Source of the DNA: the human T2T-CHM13v2.0 reference genome, Homo sapiens | Reading direction: 5' to 3' (one strand) | DNA: 64,000 nt | NCBI RefSeq assembly: GCF_009914755.1 | Contig: NC_060931.1 | Shown: positions 12,897 to 26,649 of the stretch, piece by piece | Layout: every line of letters begins with the position of its first letter | Position numbering within the stretch: position 1 is the stretch's first letter | Program-made: the position numbers and the translations under genes | Notes under the pieces: model-generated | Databases searched by the model: none | Told to the model about the DNA's origin: nothing | What the model saw: the letters and a program-made list of their open reading frames with translations, nothing else

Positions 12897-14055
12897 CTGT
12901 AGTCTTTCATCTCTGTCTTTTTTTTGCAGGATTGTTTTCCATTTCCCTTTAAATATTGGTGCTTTCCAGGATTCTAAGATGTTTTACTTTTCTTTTAATT
13001 TTCTACCTTTAATTTTTTCCTCTATGTTTTCTTTCTTTATTCCCTGTTTTTACTTCTCCAGAGATAATATGCTTTATTCCTATGCTGTCAGCTGAAATAG
13101 ATTCACTATGTCTCTTAAATTTATATTTCTAGTACCAAATTCTCTCTTGAGGCACTAATTTCTATATGCACTTCTACTTAACATCATCACATGGATGAGC
13201 CAAAGACATTATTTTTTTTTCCTCCAAATTCAACTATTTATCTTGCCTGTCCAAAATATTCCTTGTCCCGACTTGGGGAATGACATCACATCTCTCTTAT
13301 TATCCATGAAAGAGGCCTGGAATTCATCATACAATTTTTCTCTTTCATCTCACCTCTAATTTCTATCGTTCACCAAATCCTACAAAATCTACCTTTAAAA
13401 TAATTTCGTTTTTTTTTTCTTTTCTGTCTCCAACAAGGAGGCCCTAATTGATTCTTCCCTCTGTCACTGCAGTAAGGCTGCGTGTGTCCAGTTAATCTGT
13501 ATCCATCCTTTTTTTCAATCTAATATGCCTCTTATTTTCCACCAGAGAGATCTACCAAAATGGCAAATCTGATTATTTCAGTAACCTATATTAACTCCTT
13601 CAAGGACCCCCCACTATCTTCCTGATAAAATGCAAACCCTTTAGTATGGTAGGCATGCAAGCTTCTTTGTGTATAATCTGTGTCCTTTAACCCTGCTGGG
13701 GCAACAAAAATACCTGTGGTTTCCCCAAGTCACCATGTTGTTTCAAGCCACAATCTGGTGTCCTGCCTGTAACACTTCATTTCTTCCCCTCTTTATCTAG
13801 CTCATTCTGTTCTGTCATTTCAATGCTGAATCATATGCCCTTTAGGGTAACCTCCCTAGAAAATTTCCCTGATGTCCGGGCTGGTTGTCCGGCTAGGCAC
13901 CCTCATGGCATTTCTCTATTGGAATACATACCACAGGGCTGTATAATGTTTGTTGGTTTGTCTGTCTTTTCCATTCCCCATGAAATCAGGATCTGTAATC
14001 TGTCACAATATCCCCTGACTAGGACATAATAGGCACTTAGTACATATTTATTCAG
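12680..14055 (+). mobile_element. L2 LINE relic with embedded (TC)n at 12851-12896
   Basis: Pyrimidine-rich L2 text (caccaaatcctacaaaatctacc, gcaaatctgattat, gataaaatgcaaaccctttag) ending acataataggcacttagtacatatttatt. Confidence 0.65.
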
Positions 14056-14263
14056 TTTTAAAATATGAGCAAAGCTATAGGATGGAAATTTGTTAGATGT
14101 GTTATGGGAGAATGATTAATACATTTTAAGGATGAAGGAAGGTAAGATTTGAAATGTTGAATTCTGAACCACCGGACAAATAAAGGGCAGGGAGTGAGAC
14201 TAGGGTTGCAGCGAGACATGAAAACCAAAGAAAAGCAGCTCTACAATGGAACCATTGATGTAA

Positions 14264-14267
<4 letters not shown>

Positions 14268-14305
<38 letters not shown>
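14268..14305. repeat. (CA)n microsatellite
   Basis: About 19 AC units. Confidence 0.95.
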
Positions 14306-14307
<2 letters not shown>

Positions 14308-15614
14308 CAATTTTGAGGCAGAAGAATATAGACTGAGGTTGACATGCAAGGGCACAGGGTTAAAAGTGAAGAATGGACTCCAAATCAGGAGTCAATTTTT
14401 CTGGTGTAACTACAGCTTCAGAACTAAAATTAAGGAGCTGTTGAGGTTTTCTACCTGACTTGGATAGGAAAGCTAAACTAGGATTATACCATGAAACATC
14501 TTAAATACCAGGCTGAAGAGGGGTTCTAAGTCTTGCAGTCCTTGGACCATTACTGAATAATTATGAACAGAGGGGGAGAAATTAAAGATTAGAAAACGAG
14601 TCTAACCATGTTCTATAACACTGAATTTAGCACATAGAAACTTAATGTGACTGAATATTAGGAGAATAAATATTTTATTAATGATAATAAAAACTTAAAC
14701 TAGAGGTGTGGCAGCGATACTTAGAGGAAGAAAAATGTAGCATCCATGGGAAAAACTGGAGGTAGTCTGAGACTTGATAAGAGAGAGGAAAGACATAAAT
14801 TTTACTGAAATAGTTAAACATAAATTTTAGTGAAATGGAATAGTTAAATATTTCACTGAACCAGGTACTTTACTTCTTTGAGAAATAACTCCTTGAGTTT
14901 AGATTATCTGTGTTATTCTGGTACAAAGAATACCAATTTATATGCTATTTTAAAAAAATAAACAGGGACTTTAATTTTTAACAAAGACAGAATCTTATAC
15001 CTCAGGTATCCACTGGTACCCTGGAGGTACCAGGCAGCTGTGCAGAGCTGCAGGCATAGACTAGGAAGTGCTGCCAGCTTCGATGAGGTATATGTTGCCT
15101 TGCCAACTTGTATTAGGGACATTTTTCTGTATCCTGTGATCCACTCTTTCTTCCCTGAAACATTTTTTTTCTTAAAAACAAAACCAAAACTACATTCTAA
15201 TCAGACAAAACTGTTTTTGAAAAGCCAATTCAAGAAAATTACTGTTAGAAGTATTGAGGAACAGATACTGATAACATTTTTTCTACTGATTATTCTCCAA
15301 TGTTCTATCTTCATGATTCACTTTTAATATAAAATTTTAAAGATCTCAAACCTCTCTATATTGCTGGTTTTCTAAATGTATAAGGGAAGCCAGAAACATA
15401 TGTTAATATGATTTTCTGTGTTTTGATACTAGAATTGAAAACAAGTTAGTATCATTATGAAAACACAAAATCTTATCACTTGGTTTTATAACACTCATTA
15501 TATGAAGCTCTGGAAGATCACATTCACATGGAAAAGCACACAGTTGTCAAGAAATGATGCTTTTAATTAAGTAAAAGATCTATACCTGATTGGGATGATT
15601 ACTTATGTTCTTGT

Positions 15615-16220
15615 CATTCTCTACTAGACACGACATCCTTGAGGATAGGGATATGACTTATTTGTCTATGTATCTTCAGGCTTAGTGCAATGCTTGGCAT
15701 ATAACAATAAAAATTTTTTTGAATGAATGACATTTAAAAAAATATAACACATAGAACTTACCATGTACCAGACACCTACCCAAATGCTTTACAAATATTA
15801 ACTCATTTAATTCTTATTCTACAAAGAAAATTAAGGCACCGAGAAGTTACATTATGTGCCCAAATCACACAGATAGAAAGTTATGGAATCAGAAGTCAAA
15901 CTCAAGCAGAGCTGTGCCAGAATTTGTACTCTTAACTTATATTATCTCTAAATAAATGCTGCTGTTAAGTTGTAAAAAATACAAATATGTAAATAAATAT
16001 ATAATGTAATCCATCATTGAACTTAAAAAGACCTGGGTTCAAATATATTTTTAATTTACTTGGTTCGTGGCTTTGAGCGAGTTCATTAATCTAATGGGTC
16101 CTCAATTTCCTCATACATAAAATAATGATAATAGCTTGTAACTCACAAGGCTACTCTTAGCTTAAAACATATTTTTTGTAAAAGTACTAGATTATCATTG
16201 GCACCGGGTATATGGTAGTT
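15615..16220. mobile_element. Cluster of an L2 3' end and MIR fragments
   Basis: L2 tail (tactagac...ccttgaggataggga...tgcttggcatata...gaatgaatga), then MIR (-) at about 15740-15945 and MIR (+) at about 16020-16220. Confidence 0.55.
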
Positions 16221-16671
16221 AGTGTGCCAAGGGGAATGATGCTATTTTCCTCTTTCTCCTCTTTCAAAAGGGTACGTATTTGTACTTTACACAGTATACA
16301 GGTCTTAAGCAAAAGGAGATGAAATTGTATGTTTCATCAAGTATTATTTTCAACATCTCTTAAAGCTGGAGTTCATTTACTAAAACATTTTCTGGATGGG
16401 CAGATCAATTTCAAACTCAATAGCTTGTTTTCTGGATAAAAAATGTTTTTCCGAGAAGCTGTTACGGTCTAAATATCTAACATCAAATATTAAAATATTT
16501 TTCTTCTAATTGTAAGATCAAGTTATACATATATATGTATGTTTATACATATATGTTTCTTTTTTTTAAAGAAAAAACTATTTGACCAGCGATATAACAA
16601 ACAACATTTATTTTTATCAAAAGCCTCCCACATCAATGAGTTCTACCAAGTCTGGTGGAAACCCTCTTGGT

Positions 16672-16841
16672 CAGTGGCTCTCAATCCTGGTTGCATATTA
16701 CAATCACCTAAAGAAATACATCAAATTGCAGACCCTTTCCACAGATATTCTGATTTGATTGAATTGGGGTAAGGCTGAGCATCCGTATTTTTTGAAAGTT
16801 CTCCTATTAACCCTAATTTGCAGCCCGAGTTGAGAATACTG
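16672..16841. mobile_element. MER5A/B MITE with both TIRs
   Basis: Begins cagtggctctcaa and ends ttgagaatactg (imperfect inverted termini); internal ttctgatttgattgaattgggg. Confidence 0.75.
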
Positions 16842-18624
16842 ATTTAGATTATCATTGAAACCATTACCGGTCTCCTATTTCCATTTCACTAGGACTCTAA
16901 TAAAAACCAACAGTAGATAATATTTTCATTCATGTTAACATTGACAGAGTCTGAGAGGTTCATCAAGAACAGAATTGCCATGGCACAACTAAACTAATAG
17001 TTAGCTCCCTTTCTTCAACTGATTAGAGCAAATGCTCTCCATCCACCATCAATCATTACCTCCAGTTTCAAAATGAGAAACAGAAGACGTATTTATATCA
17101 GCTATTTCTTTTTAACTTTGAGAATCATGAAACAAAACAACTCCAAGATTATCTATGTGTTCTTATAAACTGGTTATAATGAAGATTTCTTGTTTACTTA
17201 TTGTGTTGATGTAGCCAATGAATAAACTTAGAACATTTTATAATATGACCAGATATTATTCTTGGGCTATAGTTCATAAAATAAACTACAGGTTAGAGGC
17301 ATTGAACCAGAACAAATCCTGGCTGATGGATGTTTTGAGTTATGTTAAAATATTGAGTAGAAATGAGTATCCACTGAGAATACCAACTTAAACTGTAAAG
17401 GTTTTACAAATCTAATCATCTTAGTTTCTCTCATAATACTGGTGTATAACCAGCAATCTCAACTTTTTAAAGCTGAGTTATTTTACTACTGAACTCATAG
17501 GCTAGCAATATCCTATTAGAAATTACACTTTATAAATTCCATAATACTAAAAGCATTCCTACTTTGTCCTTAATGGTAAGTCAACTGGCCCAAATACATA
17601 AAATATTTGCTTTCTATGATCATTTAAGACAGACTCAAACTCGGACGCTCTGTAATTTAAAGATTAGCTTTAAGAACTACATTGTAAAACTTTGACTTAT
17701 TTTGAACATTTCACCTTCAATCACCGAATAATTTCAACAAATAGCCTTACATAGATAACTTGATTCCGGTTAACCACAGCCTGGAAATAGTCAGGGTCTC
17801 CTTAAGATCGGCAAGTGAAACCCTGCGTTCTCTTCTTGCATATGTCACATAGTATTAGGTTAAAGCTTTCATATGAAACTTTTCTTAGGTAGATTTGCCA
17901 AATAAAGTCTGTATGATAGTTTACTAATCTCAATTGTATTGTTGATTTTTGACTTGGACCTCAAGGAAAATGAATGTTTTGAGAAAAGGAATTAATTTGT
18001 TACAGCTTTTCTTGATGTCTTTCACCCAGGCTTGGGAAGAGCATCATGAAAAAGAGTACTCTTTTGGAAACTATGCACACAACATATTTTTCCTAATAGG
18101 TGTGAAGAATGGCTGCTATGCATAAATGATTGTTGGAAAACTATTCTCTGTAAAACATGACTTAACAAGCAACTCCATTCACTACTGTGCTCATTTCCAA
18201 TATCCAGAACAACCATGACACATCTTATAGATGCTGATATTATATGTTTGTCAGTTAATAAACACCCTTTGGGAAAATTCACAACTTTAACCTCCGTAAT
18301 TTTCCTACCCAATAAGTTGGAGAATAAAACTTTTGAGGGAAAATTGATATGAACAACATAGTAAAAGTCACAAGAAATCAAACGATTCTTCAATACGAAA
18401 CCATAAGTTGTTGGCTCTTCCCAGGACACCTATTTTTCTTTTTTCTTTGACAAGGGTAAAGTAAAGCATCTAAGACCTAGCTGACCCTACATGAGAACCA
18501 CAAGCACCGCAATCAAACCACATTTCTATAATCAAAAAGCAAGGTGCCTATAGCACCTGCACTGTTAAACATCCCTTGGACACCCCAAATCGTTAAGTCC
18601 CGCTCATTTCCAAACGCTCCTTAC

Positions 18625-18870
18625 CTGGAATTCTGTCACTGGGCGGCTGGGCACAGCTCAATAGAAGCAAAGGGTGTTCGCAGGTGTGGCTCCAGGGACT
18701 CAGGCGCTCAAGCTTCAGCGCCCATCTCCTGGGCAGGAGATGTCAGCCGCAGGGTGAGGTGCGGACGTGCGCACTTCTCCAACCCGGGAAGGTCCGCCAG
18801 CCGCGCGGCGCAGCCCACCCAGACGCTGGTGGGCTGGCTTTCCTAGTTTGATGCGAGAGCAAACTGCGTT
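18625..18870 (-). other. Candidate leftward first/non-coding exon ending at donor CAG|GTAAGG
   Basis: Plus-strand ccttac|ctg at 18619-18627, at the left edge of the island. The exon start is a guess. Confidence 0.4.
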
Positions 18871-20330
18871 AGTCTCAGTCCTCCCTCTCCGCCCCTCTCC
18901 TGGTTTTCTGACACTTTAAATCTGTCTTAGGTGGTTCAGACCCAAGTCTAGGTTGTATTATCAGCTAAAAGACAACTGTTCTTTCCCCTGGCTTGCTTTC
19001 TACCTCCCCAGAGTCCAGGAGGCTCACCTTCCCGGCGCCTTCCTGCGCTCTCCCAGCTGTGAAGCTGTGCGCAAACTTCTCCTGACTTAAGAGTCTCAAT
19101 CCTAGCCTGCGCTCCCGCCCCACCCCCGCCCGCCTCCCGACAGGCGGCAGAGGAGGTGGCAGCAGAATTGATGAGAGCCAGCCCCCCTTCCCGGACCCCG
19201 CCACCCCAGTCAGCCCCCTCCTGTCCCAGGAGAGGGAGGGGCGAGCTGGTGAGCTCCGTGCGCCTCGCGCCAGCCCCAGTCGCCCCGGCCCGCGAGTGGG
19301 GCTGCGCTCGCGGCTGCTGTCTCGCTCCAGTCAGGGCTGGGGCTCACCCTGCGAGTCCGGGAGACTAAAGCGCCGCGTAAACACAGGAAGCAGGCGAGGG
19401 ACCCGAGTTAGACCTTGAGTAGGGAGGGAGAGGGGGGCGACAGTCTGGACTGGGAGACAGCTTTCTGGGAGCCCTGTCCCCTCCCCGGAGAATGCAAATT
19501 CCGGAGGGAGGTGAGTTTCCACAAGAACCTTATCCCAGAGACATTGTGACCCTGGCTTCTTCAGCCGTCACTCCGGGGACAGCACTAGGGAGCCTGTGGA
19601 GGGAGGGTCGGTAGTGGGCTAGGTAGTGAAAGTGGGGTGAGGACGTGGGAAGACGGCTGGCTAAGAGCTGGGGTGCTAAAAGGAAAAAAGTGCTGAGAGG
19701 AAGGAGATGAGAAGAGACACCTTGGGGGTCAGGCAAGCCCTGGGAAAGCGTCCGGAGTTGGGCGGCTGTAGGCTGGAGGCATAACTTGGATTTGGAGAAA
19801 GAGTGCCCTCCGTGTAGGGGACTGCTGGTGGGCACAGTGTTTTAGGGTGAATGAAAACAGAGAGGATGGCGAGGGAAGACGGGGATATGGGGTGCCTGAC
19901 TTGGTGCCGGACACTGCGACTCCTCTTCTTTCCCCCTAAAGCCCTCGATGTCAGCAGGAGTCCGGGACAATCCAATACCAGGCGGGGCGCAGCGGAGGCT
20001 GGCAGGCACGCCCTGGGAGGCAGGCAAGTTGATTCCAAGGACGAGTCACCCTCAACCTCTTTTAGCCCACAACTGGGTGGATCAAGGCAGGAGCCAACAC
20101 TTTTTTCCCTAACTCTGTTCAGGCGGTGTTGGACTAAGAAAACAGCATCCGGTGCGTCCCGGGACCACAAGGTGGCCGTGCACCGTCGAGGTTACTAAAC
20201 ACTGTCTCCTTGGCAAAAGAAATAATAGCAATCATTTAATGGGAGGGGAAGAAAGCCAGACGGCGACAGCACACTTTCCCTGGTGATCTTAGGTTCTCAT
20301 AAGCACACGGGACAACACCGGGTGACAGAG
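18660..20330. promoter_or_regulatory. CpG island / probable promoter (host gene not identified)
   Basis: Abrupt GC- and CpG-rich, repeat-free block in an AT-rich background. GC boxes at about 18889, 19115 and 19126. Several consensus 5' splice sites. Confidence 0.8.
19260..19510 (+). other. Candidate first exon ending at a perfect donor GAG|GTGAGT
   Basis: Donor at 19510|19511 inside the CpG island. The exon start is a guess. An ATG at 19492 (A at -3) could give MQIPEG with a phase-1 junction. Confidence 0.45.
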
Positions 20331-20823
20331 AAGGAGGTGTCCTGTGAATGGAACTGCAGCCCTCACCCAACCATCCTTGGAGCTCTTCCATGGAAACATC
20401 AGTGACTGTAGGCAAAAAATGTCCCCGTTTTATTTTGCATGCTCCTGTTTTATTTTGAATCCTCATACCCCACCCCAGAGAGACAACAGGGACCCCTAAT
20501 TTGTGTGGTTGAGGCTTTCAGGAGATCCAGTGGAGGACAGACTCAAGGATCAGATCAGCTCTCCCACCCAACATTCCAGGGATTTTGTTTTTCCAGGCTC
20601 CCTCCTCTATATACTCCCCCCTTCCCTGTCACCTCCAGTCTGGTGACCCAGAGGGCTGTGTGTGACTCACTGTGCATTCAAACCCTAAGGCACTGCCTCA
20701 CTGCAGAGGAAGATTGTACAGTCCCTTCACTCCCAGGATAAGTGAGAATGATGTTGTTAGCAGTAAGAAATGTGACTAGGAAAGGAGGCTGGGCAACTGG
20801 GAGACAAGGAGGCTTTGAAAGGA

Positions 20824-20827
<4 letters not shown>

Positions 20828-20882
<55 letters not shown>
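20828..20882. repeat. (CA)n microsatellite
   Basis: About 27 uninterrupted units. Confidence 0.95.
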
Positions 20883-20887
<5 letters not shown>

Positions 20888-21814
20888 AGTAACTTAAACA
20901 AAGCCTGTATAAGAAACCCTTCCGAATTCAGAACTTAGATAGGAATCTTCACTCCGTGCTGGGTTGGGCTCAATCTGTCTTGAGTTCAATAGCTCCCTGC
21001 TTTCCAACTGCTCCTGACCAGCCAACACTTGACCATGACCTCCTTTAAGAATTCTCTTTTGGAATATTAATTACCTTCTTTTGGTGCAAACAGCAGAGAA
21101 ATATTAAAGTTGTTTGAGAGTCTCCTATGGTCAACTGCTGGGGCCAAACATTGAGAATTTCTCAGGTTGTAGCCCAAGTCACTGAAATAACAATGATTCA
21201 GGGAGACTATTGCTGAGTAGAAAGTGTTGCCGCCCTCGGCATTGTGTGATAGAACAAGTACAAGGAGATTTTTCCGCTGGACGTTAAATCCTAGGGCAGC
21301 CTACCTGATATTGATAACCAGTATTCTGAGAGCAGGATGGGCTTGATTCTATAAATCTAATGAATATATGTGGGATGCAGCCCTTAACCATACTGTAAAC
21401 AAAGTCTAAAAGTTATTGAGAAAAATGGCATGGGTGTATCATAAAACTTTAAACTGTTTGTGGTCTAAGCATAAGCAACCTCAGCTGATTAAAGTGTGAA
21501 CTGTGTTAGATACAATATTGGGGGAAACAATGAGAGTTCTCTGTAGGCAGAATATTTCAGGGAAGGTGACACAGCAGAAGCAAGATCAGGGATGAAGCTC
21601 TCTTGTCCCCTAAGAAGATTAAATTGACTTCGTCAGTAACAGATATTTATTGAACACCAAAGGGGTTATGTACCTGTTGGAAACACTTGGATTTTACAGA
21701 AATTTAAGTCTACTGCTTTCTTAATATTATCACAGTATTTCCTACATGGACACAGTGTGGTAAGTTTTTGGAGGGTGGATGTTAACATGGGGATGGTCTG
21801 ATAAGGGGAATTGG

Positions 21815-22060
21815 CATTGTTTTGAAAATGTTATGAGACCCATTACTGGATCTTGAAATCAAGTTAGTGGGCATAAGTAACATTTAAAAAATGAAGTGGA
21901 ATAGGATAGAAAATATCAGAGTTCATCGCCATTTGAAAGCACAAGAGTGGTTTCTTGAAACTTGTCTTATTTCTCTCTCTCTCTCTATCTCTGTGTATGA
22001 AATTGCAAAGTAAAATGTATTTCTTTCTGTAGATCACAAAAATACCTAAAGACGCTGGGT
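21815..22060. mobile_element. Degenerate hAT-Charlie non-autonomous DNA transposon
   Basis: gacccattactggatcttgaaatcaagttagtggg...aataggatagaaaatatcagag...gtaaaatgtatttctt. A related copy lies near 52740. Subfamily uncertain. Confidence 0.45.
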
Positions 22061-23544
22061 TAGAATAAGCTATTCTTCAAGTGGAATACCTTATATTTGC
22101 AAATAAGCTTTCAAATGAAATTAGTTCATCAAAGGGGCATTCATAAAATAAGCATCTTAAAATGTGGTAGTCACACATTCCTGGTACTTTTATTGATTAT
22201 TTATTTTAAAATCCCCTGTCTTTATGATACTTTGCCCCTTTCTCTCTGTCCCTCTTCCTCTTTAGAAAATTTCCCCTTTGGACAGTTACTAATTTAGGGA
22301 GAAGTATTCTGTGGATCTTGTCTACAGACTTTTCAATGCAAACTCCACTTCAATTATGAAACCCTCCATCTACATTGCTGAGGGTGTGAAGTTCTGCCAC
22401 TAGCAAAGGATTATCTGACCTCTCAACTCTGTCTTTCCAAGCAAGGTTTGCCAGAGTTTGAACCATACATACCACTTTCTGGACACTTATGGTTCGAGAA
22501 TTCAGTGACTTTTCCTTAAAAATCACTAAAGTTTTGAATTTCAGTGAATGGAGGGAAGATTGCCCATTATTAAAGACTAGCTCTATTAATACCTATTCCT
22601 GTTAAATATGGTTAATGTGAGGGAGGTCACACTTTGTAGAGACTGAAAAAAGTCATTTAGTTCTTCTTGGAAAAAAATTGTTGTAAGGTTAAATAGAGTT
22701 TATTCTTTTTTTAACAGGAATTTAGAGAAAAAATTTCTGGACTCTCTCAGGAATCCAATGGTTAACTTGAATAGCTCCCTATCAGCAAAGTTTTCCTTAC
22801 ATTGAAATCCAGCTCAATCCGTTATGCTTATGTGTTGGTAATTTAGTACATATTTAACACCACATAATTTCACAACACCCTTGGCTAGCCGCTTATGGGG
22901 GACCCAAAAAGCACAATATGCAGCTCCTACCCTCAAGAAGCCCACAGTCTATTCAAGAACATTTGTTTCTTCCTCTTGTAGTCTCCTTCCAAATAGACAA
23001 CAGCTGGTAATTATTCTTTATATAATTACTCTTCCTAGATTTACAGGCCTCACCATGACAGGGCAAATAATAATTTGCCTTAGTGAAAAATAAATGTTTT
23101 CCTTTGAAAACAATTCGAACTTTGACCTGATAAATCATGCTCTCTTGAAGGAAGTGTCCTGCTTCGATTTTCCACCTGTCTTTCAGAAACAGGAGCTGGG
23201 GTACTTGTAAGTCTCTCTTCTCTCCTCATCTTTCCAAGGGTGTGACACGGCTGTGTTTCTCTAGAGAACGTGTCTTTTGGCATGGAAAAAACAAATTCCA
23301 CTTGAACTAGGAAGTGTCTTTCCAGATTGTACTTACATAAACTTCACTTTGGTTAACTGTTAACTTAATGTGTAAATAACTCAGAGTAGGAGGAGATGGC
23401 AGGGACTTACACCATAAAGCAGCAGTGGAAACTAATTGCTCCATCTCTGATGAAGTTCAGAAATATCCATTTCTTATATTTTAAATAAAATTCTAAAGGG
23501 AAACCCAGGAGCCAGAAAAAATACTGCAGAAGCAAATGTACGCA

Positions 23545-23790
23545 GACATTCATTCATTAATTCATTCAACAAATAATGAAAAATTGCTGCCTCAAAGCTT
23601 ATATTCTAGTGGGAAGAGGGAGATAGGTAACAAACAAAATAAGAAGTAAATTGTTAATTTCAGATACTGACAATGTTAAAATATCATTAACAGGGAACTG
23701 AGAGGCAGGCATGGGGTAATGCTATTCTAGGATGGCCAGGAAAAGCTCTATTTGAGCTGAGATGTAAATGAGAAGCCAGTCATCATGAGT
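23545..23790 (-). mobile_element. L2 3' fragment
   Basis: cattcattcattaattcattcaacaaata tail; tgcctcaaagcttatattctagtggg. Confidence 0.6.
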
Positions 23791-26164
23791 TCCATAGTAA
23801 AATTCTCATAAAGTGCTGGTTCACCTCCCTTTAAATAAAAATAAATAACATTTGGGTCAGGAATCTACTCTTTTGGGATTGTGATATTGTGTGTGTGTGT
23901 ATGCACACGTGTGTCTTTGTAAAACGCTCTTTGTAATTTATTCCTATTTAGTCAGTGCTCAGGAATCTAGGAGATGAGAGGCATGAGATAGGTAATGATA
24001 ATTTTTCTGTACTTCTGTGTTGGTCTACATAAAGTTGAATTAGGAAAGAACCCTCACATGGCACTAACTTTATAGCTTAGATTGTCTCAGGATATGTTTG
24101 CAACATGCTAAAATGCAAAGAAATATGGAACTTACCCCAGACCTAAAGCAAAACTTGTCTTTAATGGCTACAAGTCTTACTTTTCTGTTTTCTGATTACA
24201 AATCAACAGTTCTATTAATTTTGCCTTACTGAACATCTACTATGTGCTGAGCATTTTATTAAGCATCTTAATGCATTTTCTTATTTTAACTCTATGAGGT
24301 AGGCACAATTATTATTTTGCATTGTACAGATGCAAAGACAGCACAGTAAATGATTTGACAAAGGATTCAAGATTCTAACACAGGCAGTCTAACATATATA
24401 TTAATACATATTCAGCTAATCCTTGTTCAGTTACTAACAGATGTAAGTCTACTTATAGGTAAAAAATAGCCAGGCATAAGATTATTTTACTAGGCAATTC
24501 TATACGTATTCACATATTTTTAAATGACAACCAAACACAAATCTTTCAAACAAATAATTTCCAATTCAGTCACAAACTGAACACCTAGCCATCTGAATAG
24601 CAGAGAGTTTTGTCTTTTCACCTGAGTATAGGCTAATGGAGAAGGCAAGCCATTTAGACAATTAATAAATAAAATTCAAACATCTGCAGCAGAAGTATTT
24701 CCCAGTGCCCTGGGAGCTCAAAACGGAGGGGATTAATTCTGCCGGGAAGATATTTGCTTTTACTAGTTATCGTCTCTCTGAAATCTAATACACCAGCACT
24801 AACAGATTCTGGTGTGAGTGAGTGTTAGGAACACAGAGCTACACATGCTCCAGAAATGGACTTTTCCTTTTTTACTATAAGAGGTGACATTTAAAATTAC
24901 ATAGTAAATATATGTGAATGAAATTGTGTAACAGTGGAATATGTTGTCCACCCAACTTTTCTTTGGATATTGCACTTAAATGTTTATCACAGATTCTTTC
25001 CACTCCATAGTTCAAACAGAAATGTTATTTGGGTGACAATTTGCATGGCTGGGGCATTTATTGCATAGAAAAGAAAATGAAATCAGTACAAAACACTGAG
25101 AAAAGATACTTTTAAGGCAAAAGAAAAACAGGAAGTTTAACAACCCAATTGCTAAATTGGAGGCCGAAAACATATGAAAATGTTGCAGAATTTGGGATCT
25201 GCTGTCCCATCAACACCAGTCCTGGCTGGCAGGAGAAGAAGGAAAGAGAGAACACAGCGATTAAGTTTAAGCCCTTAAAGGCTATGAAATCAGATGAGCT
25301 GCTCTACTTTTTGTAGGCTTCTCTAATTTTCAAAAATCCTATGATTCTAAATGACTGAAGAATAGGCCCATGATAGGCATTTATAAATACTTCAGAAATT
25401 AAGTTTAATTGCATATATTACTCAGAAAGGAAGACGATGAGGGTGCACAAATGTTTCAAAGATAGAAACTGAAAAGAGAAAAGGAATCTTTCACCATAAA
25501 GAGAAAGAAATGACCAGGAACGAGGGAAGGGTTGGAGAGCAGAAAGGAAGTGGAAGAGATGCTGTATTTTATCCCTGGGGTGATTCTTAAACTCCCCTGG
25601 TCACTGAGGTTGTCATTCTTAAAAGTTGATTACAAAGCACTAAATTGATTACAGATTACTATATATATTGTGGGGAAGGAAGTGAAAATCATATCTTCAG
25701 AAGCTCACTAACTGCCTCTATCACTTTAGCTTCAGCTTTTACCAGCTTTCTCTTCTCTACTTCAAAGGGGGGCAGCATTTTCCCATGTCCTCTGTATTCC
25801 TGCTCTATTTAAAGAATGTTTTCTCTCTGTTATTGTTTCTTTCAAATATCTCTTCATATTTTACGTTGTCATTTAACCCTTTCTGATATTCTTTTCCCAT
25901 ATACTCAAAATCTGTCCTCATACTTGATGCAGCCTGCCTTCACCCTTCTAAAAAATACCTGTTTTCTTTTTTATTACTCAGTGATGAGCCACCTAGATTC
26001 TCAGCTTTTTGAAAGCAGCTCTATAGTAAAATATTATTTAAAAGGAAATATTTTTATCTTTATCATGAGTCTGAGTTGAAATCTTCATAAAAATGGCCAA
26101 ACCAAAATCACCCACTGTGATATGCAGAATGATAGATTTGGTTAAGGGATTTAGGGTGATGTTT

Positions 26165-26308
26165 TAATGTGCTGCAGATGACCTAGGGATCTTGCTAAAA
26201 TGCAGATTCTGATTTTCATGTCAAGAGTGGGGCCTGAGATTCCGCATTTCTAATGAGCTGTCATGCTGGTGAAATGTTCATGGGTCGTCTTTTAAGTAAC
26301 AAGGCTTT
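26165..26308. mobile_element. MER5-family MITE
   Basis: acctagggatcttgctaaaatgcagattctgatt...ggggcctgagattccgcatttctaatgagct. Confidence 0.7.
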
Positions 26309-26649
26309 AGAATCATTCCCTGCAAATATGCATATCATCTTTTAAACTTTATTCTTTTAAAATTTGGAAATATACTTTAGTCTATAAAATACGTTACTGC
26401 ATGACCATGGAAAGTAGGACTAATTCTGGTTTTCTTTCTCTCAGAAATATCTTCTCAACTATCTGTACTGGGAATATGGTGGACATGTACTGGGACATTC
26501 CATGTACTGGGAGAGAGGTGGACATGCCCCTTGCGATGTATGAAGTTGGGAAATAAATTAATTTGTGGGGGATTTTATGGGTGTGCTTTATTTTTCCTGG
26601 AAGGAGATTTGATTTTAAAAGAACTAATATCCCTGAGAGACAGAAGGGA

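Noticed and set aside
14996-15045. Cluster of short palindromes (ctggtacc-ctgga-ggtaccag)
   Set aside because: 8-bp arms are within chance expectation for 64 kb.
19559-19590. REST/RE1-like site (ttcagc...ggacagcac)
   Set aside because: The left half and spacing fit poorly.
18660-20330. Assigning a host gene symbol
   Set aside because: I do not recognise the sequence and no coding exon is available; this needs BLAT.
18544-20741. ORFs of 61-164 aa across the CpG island
   Set aside because: Expected in GC-rich DNA; many begin at non-ATG codons; no recognisable domain.
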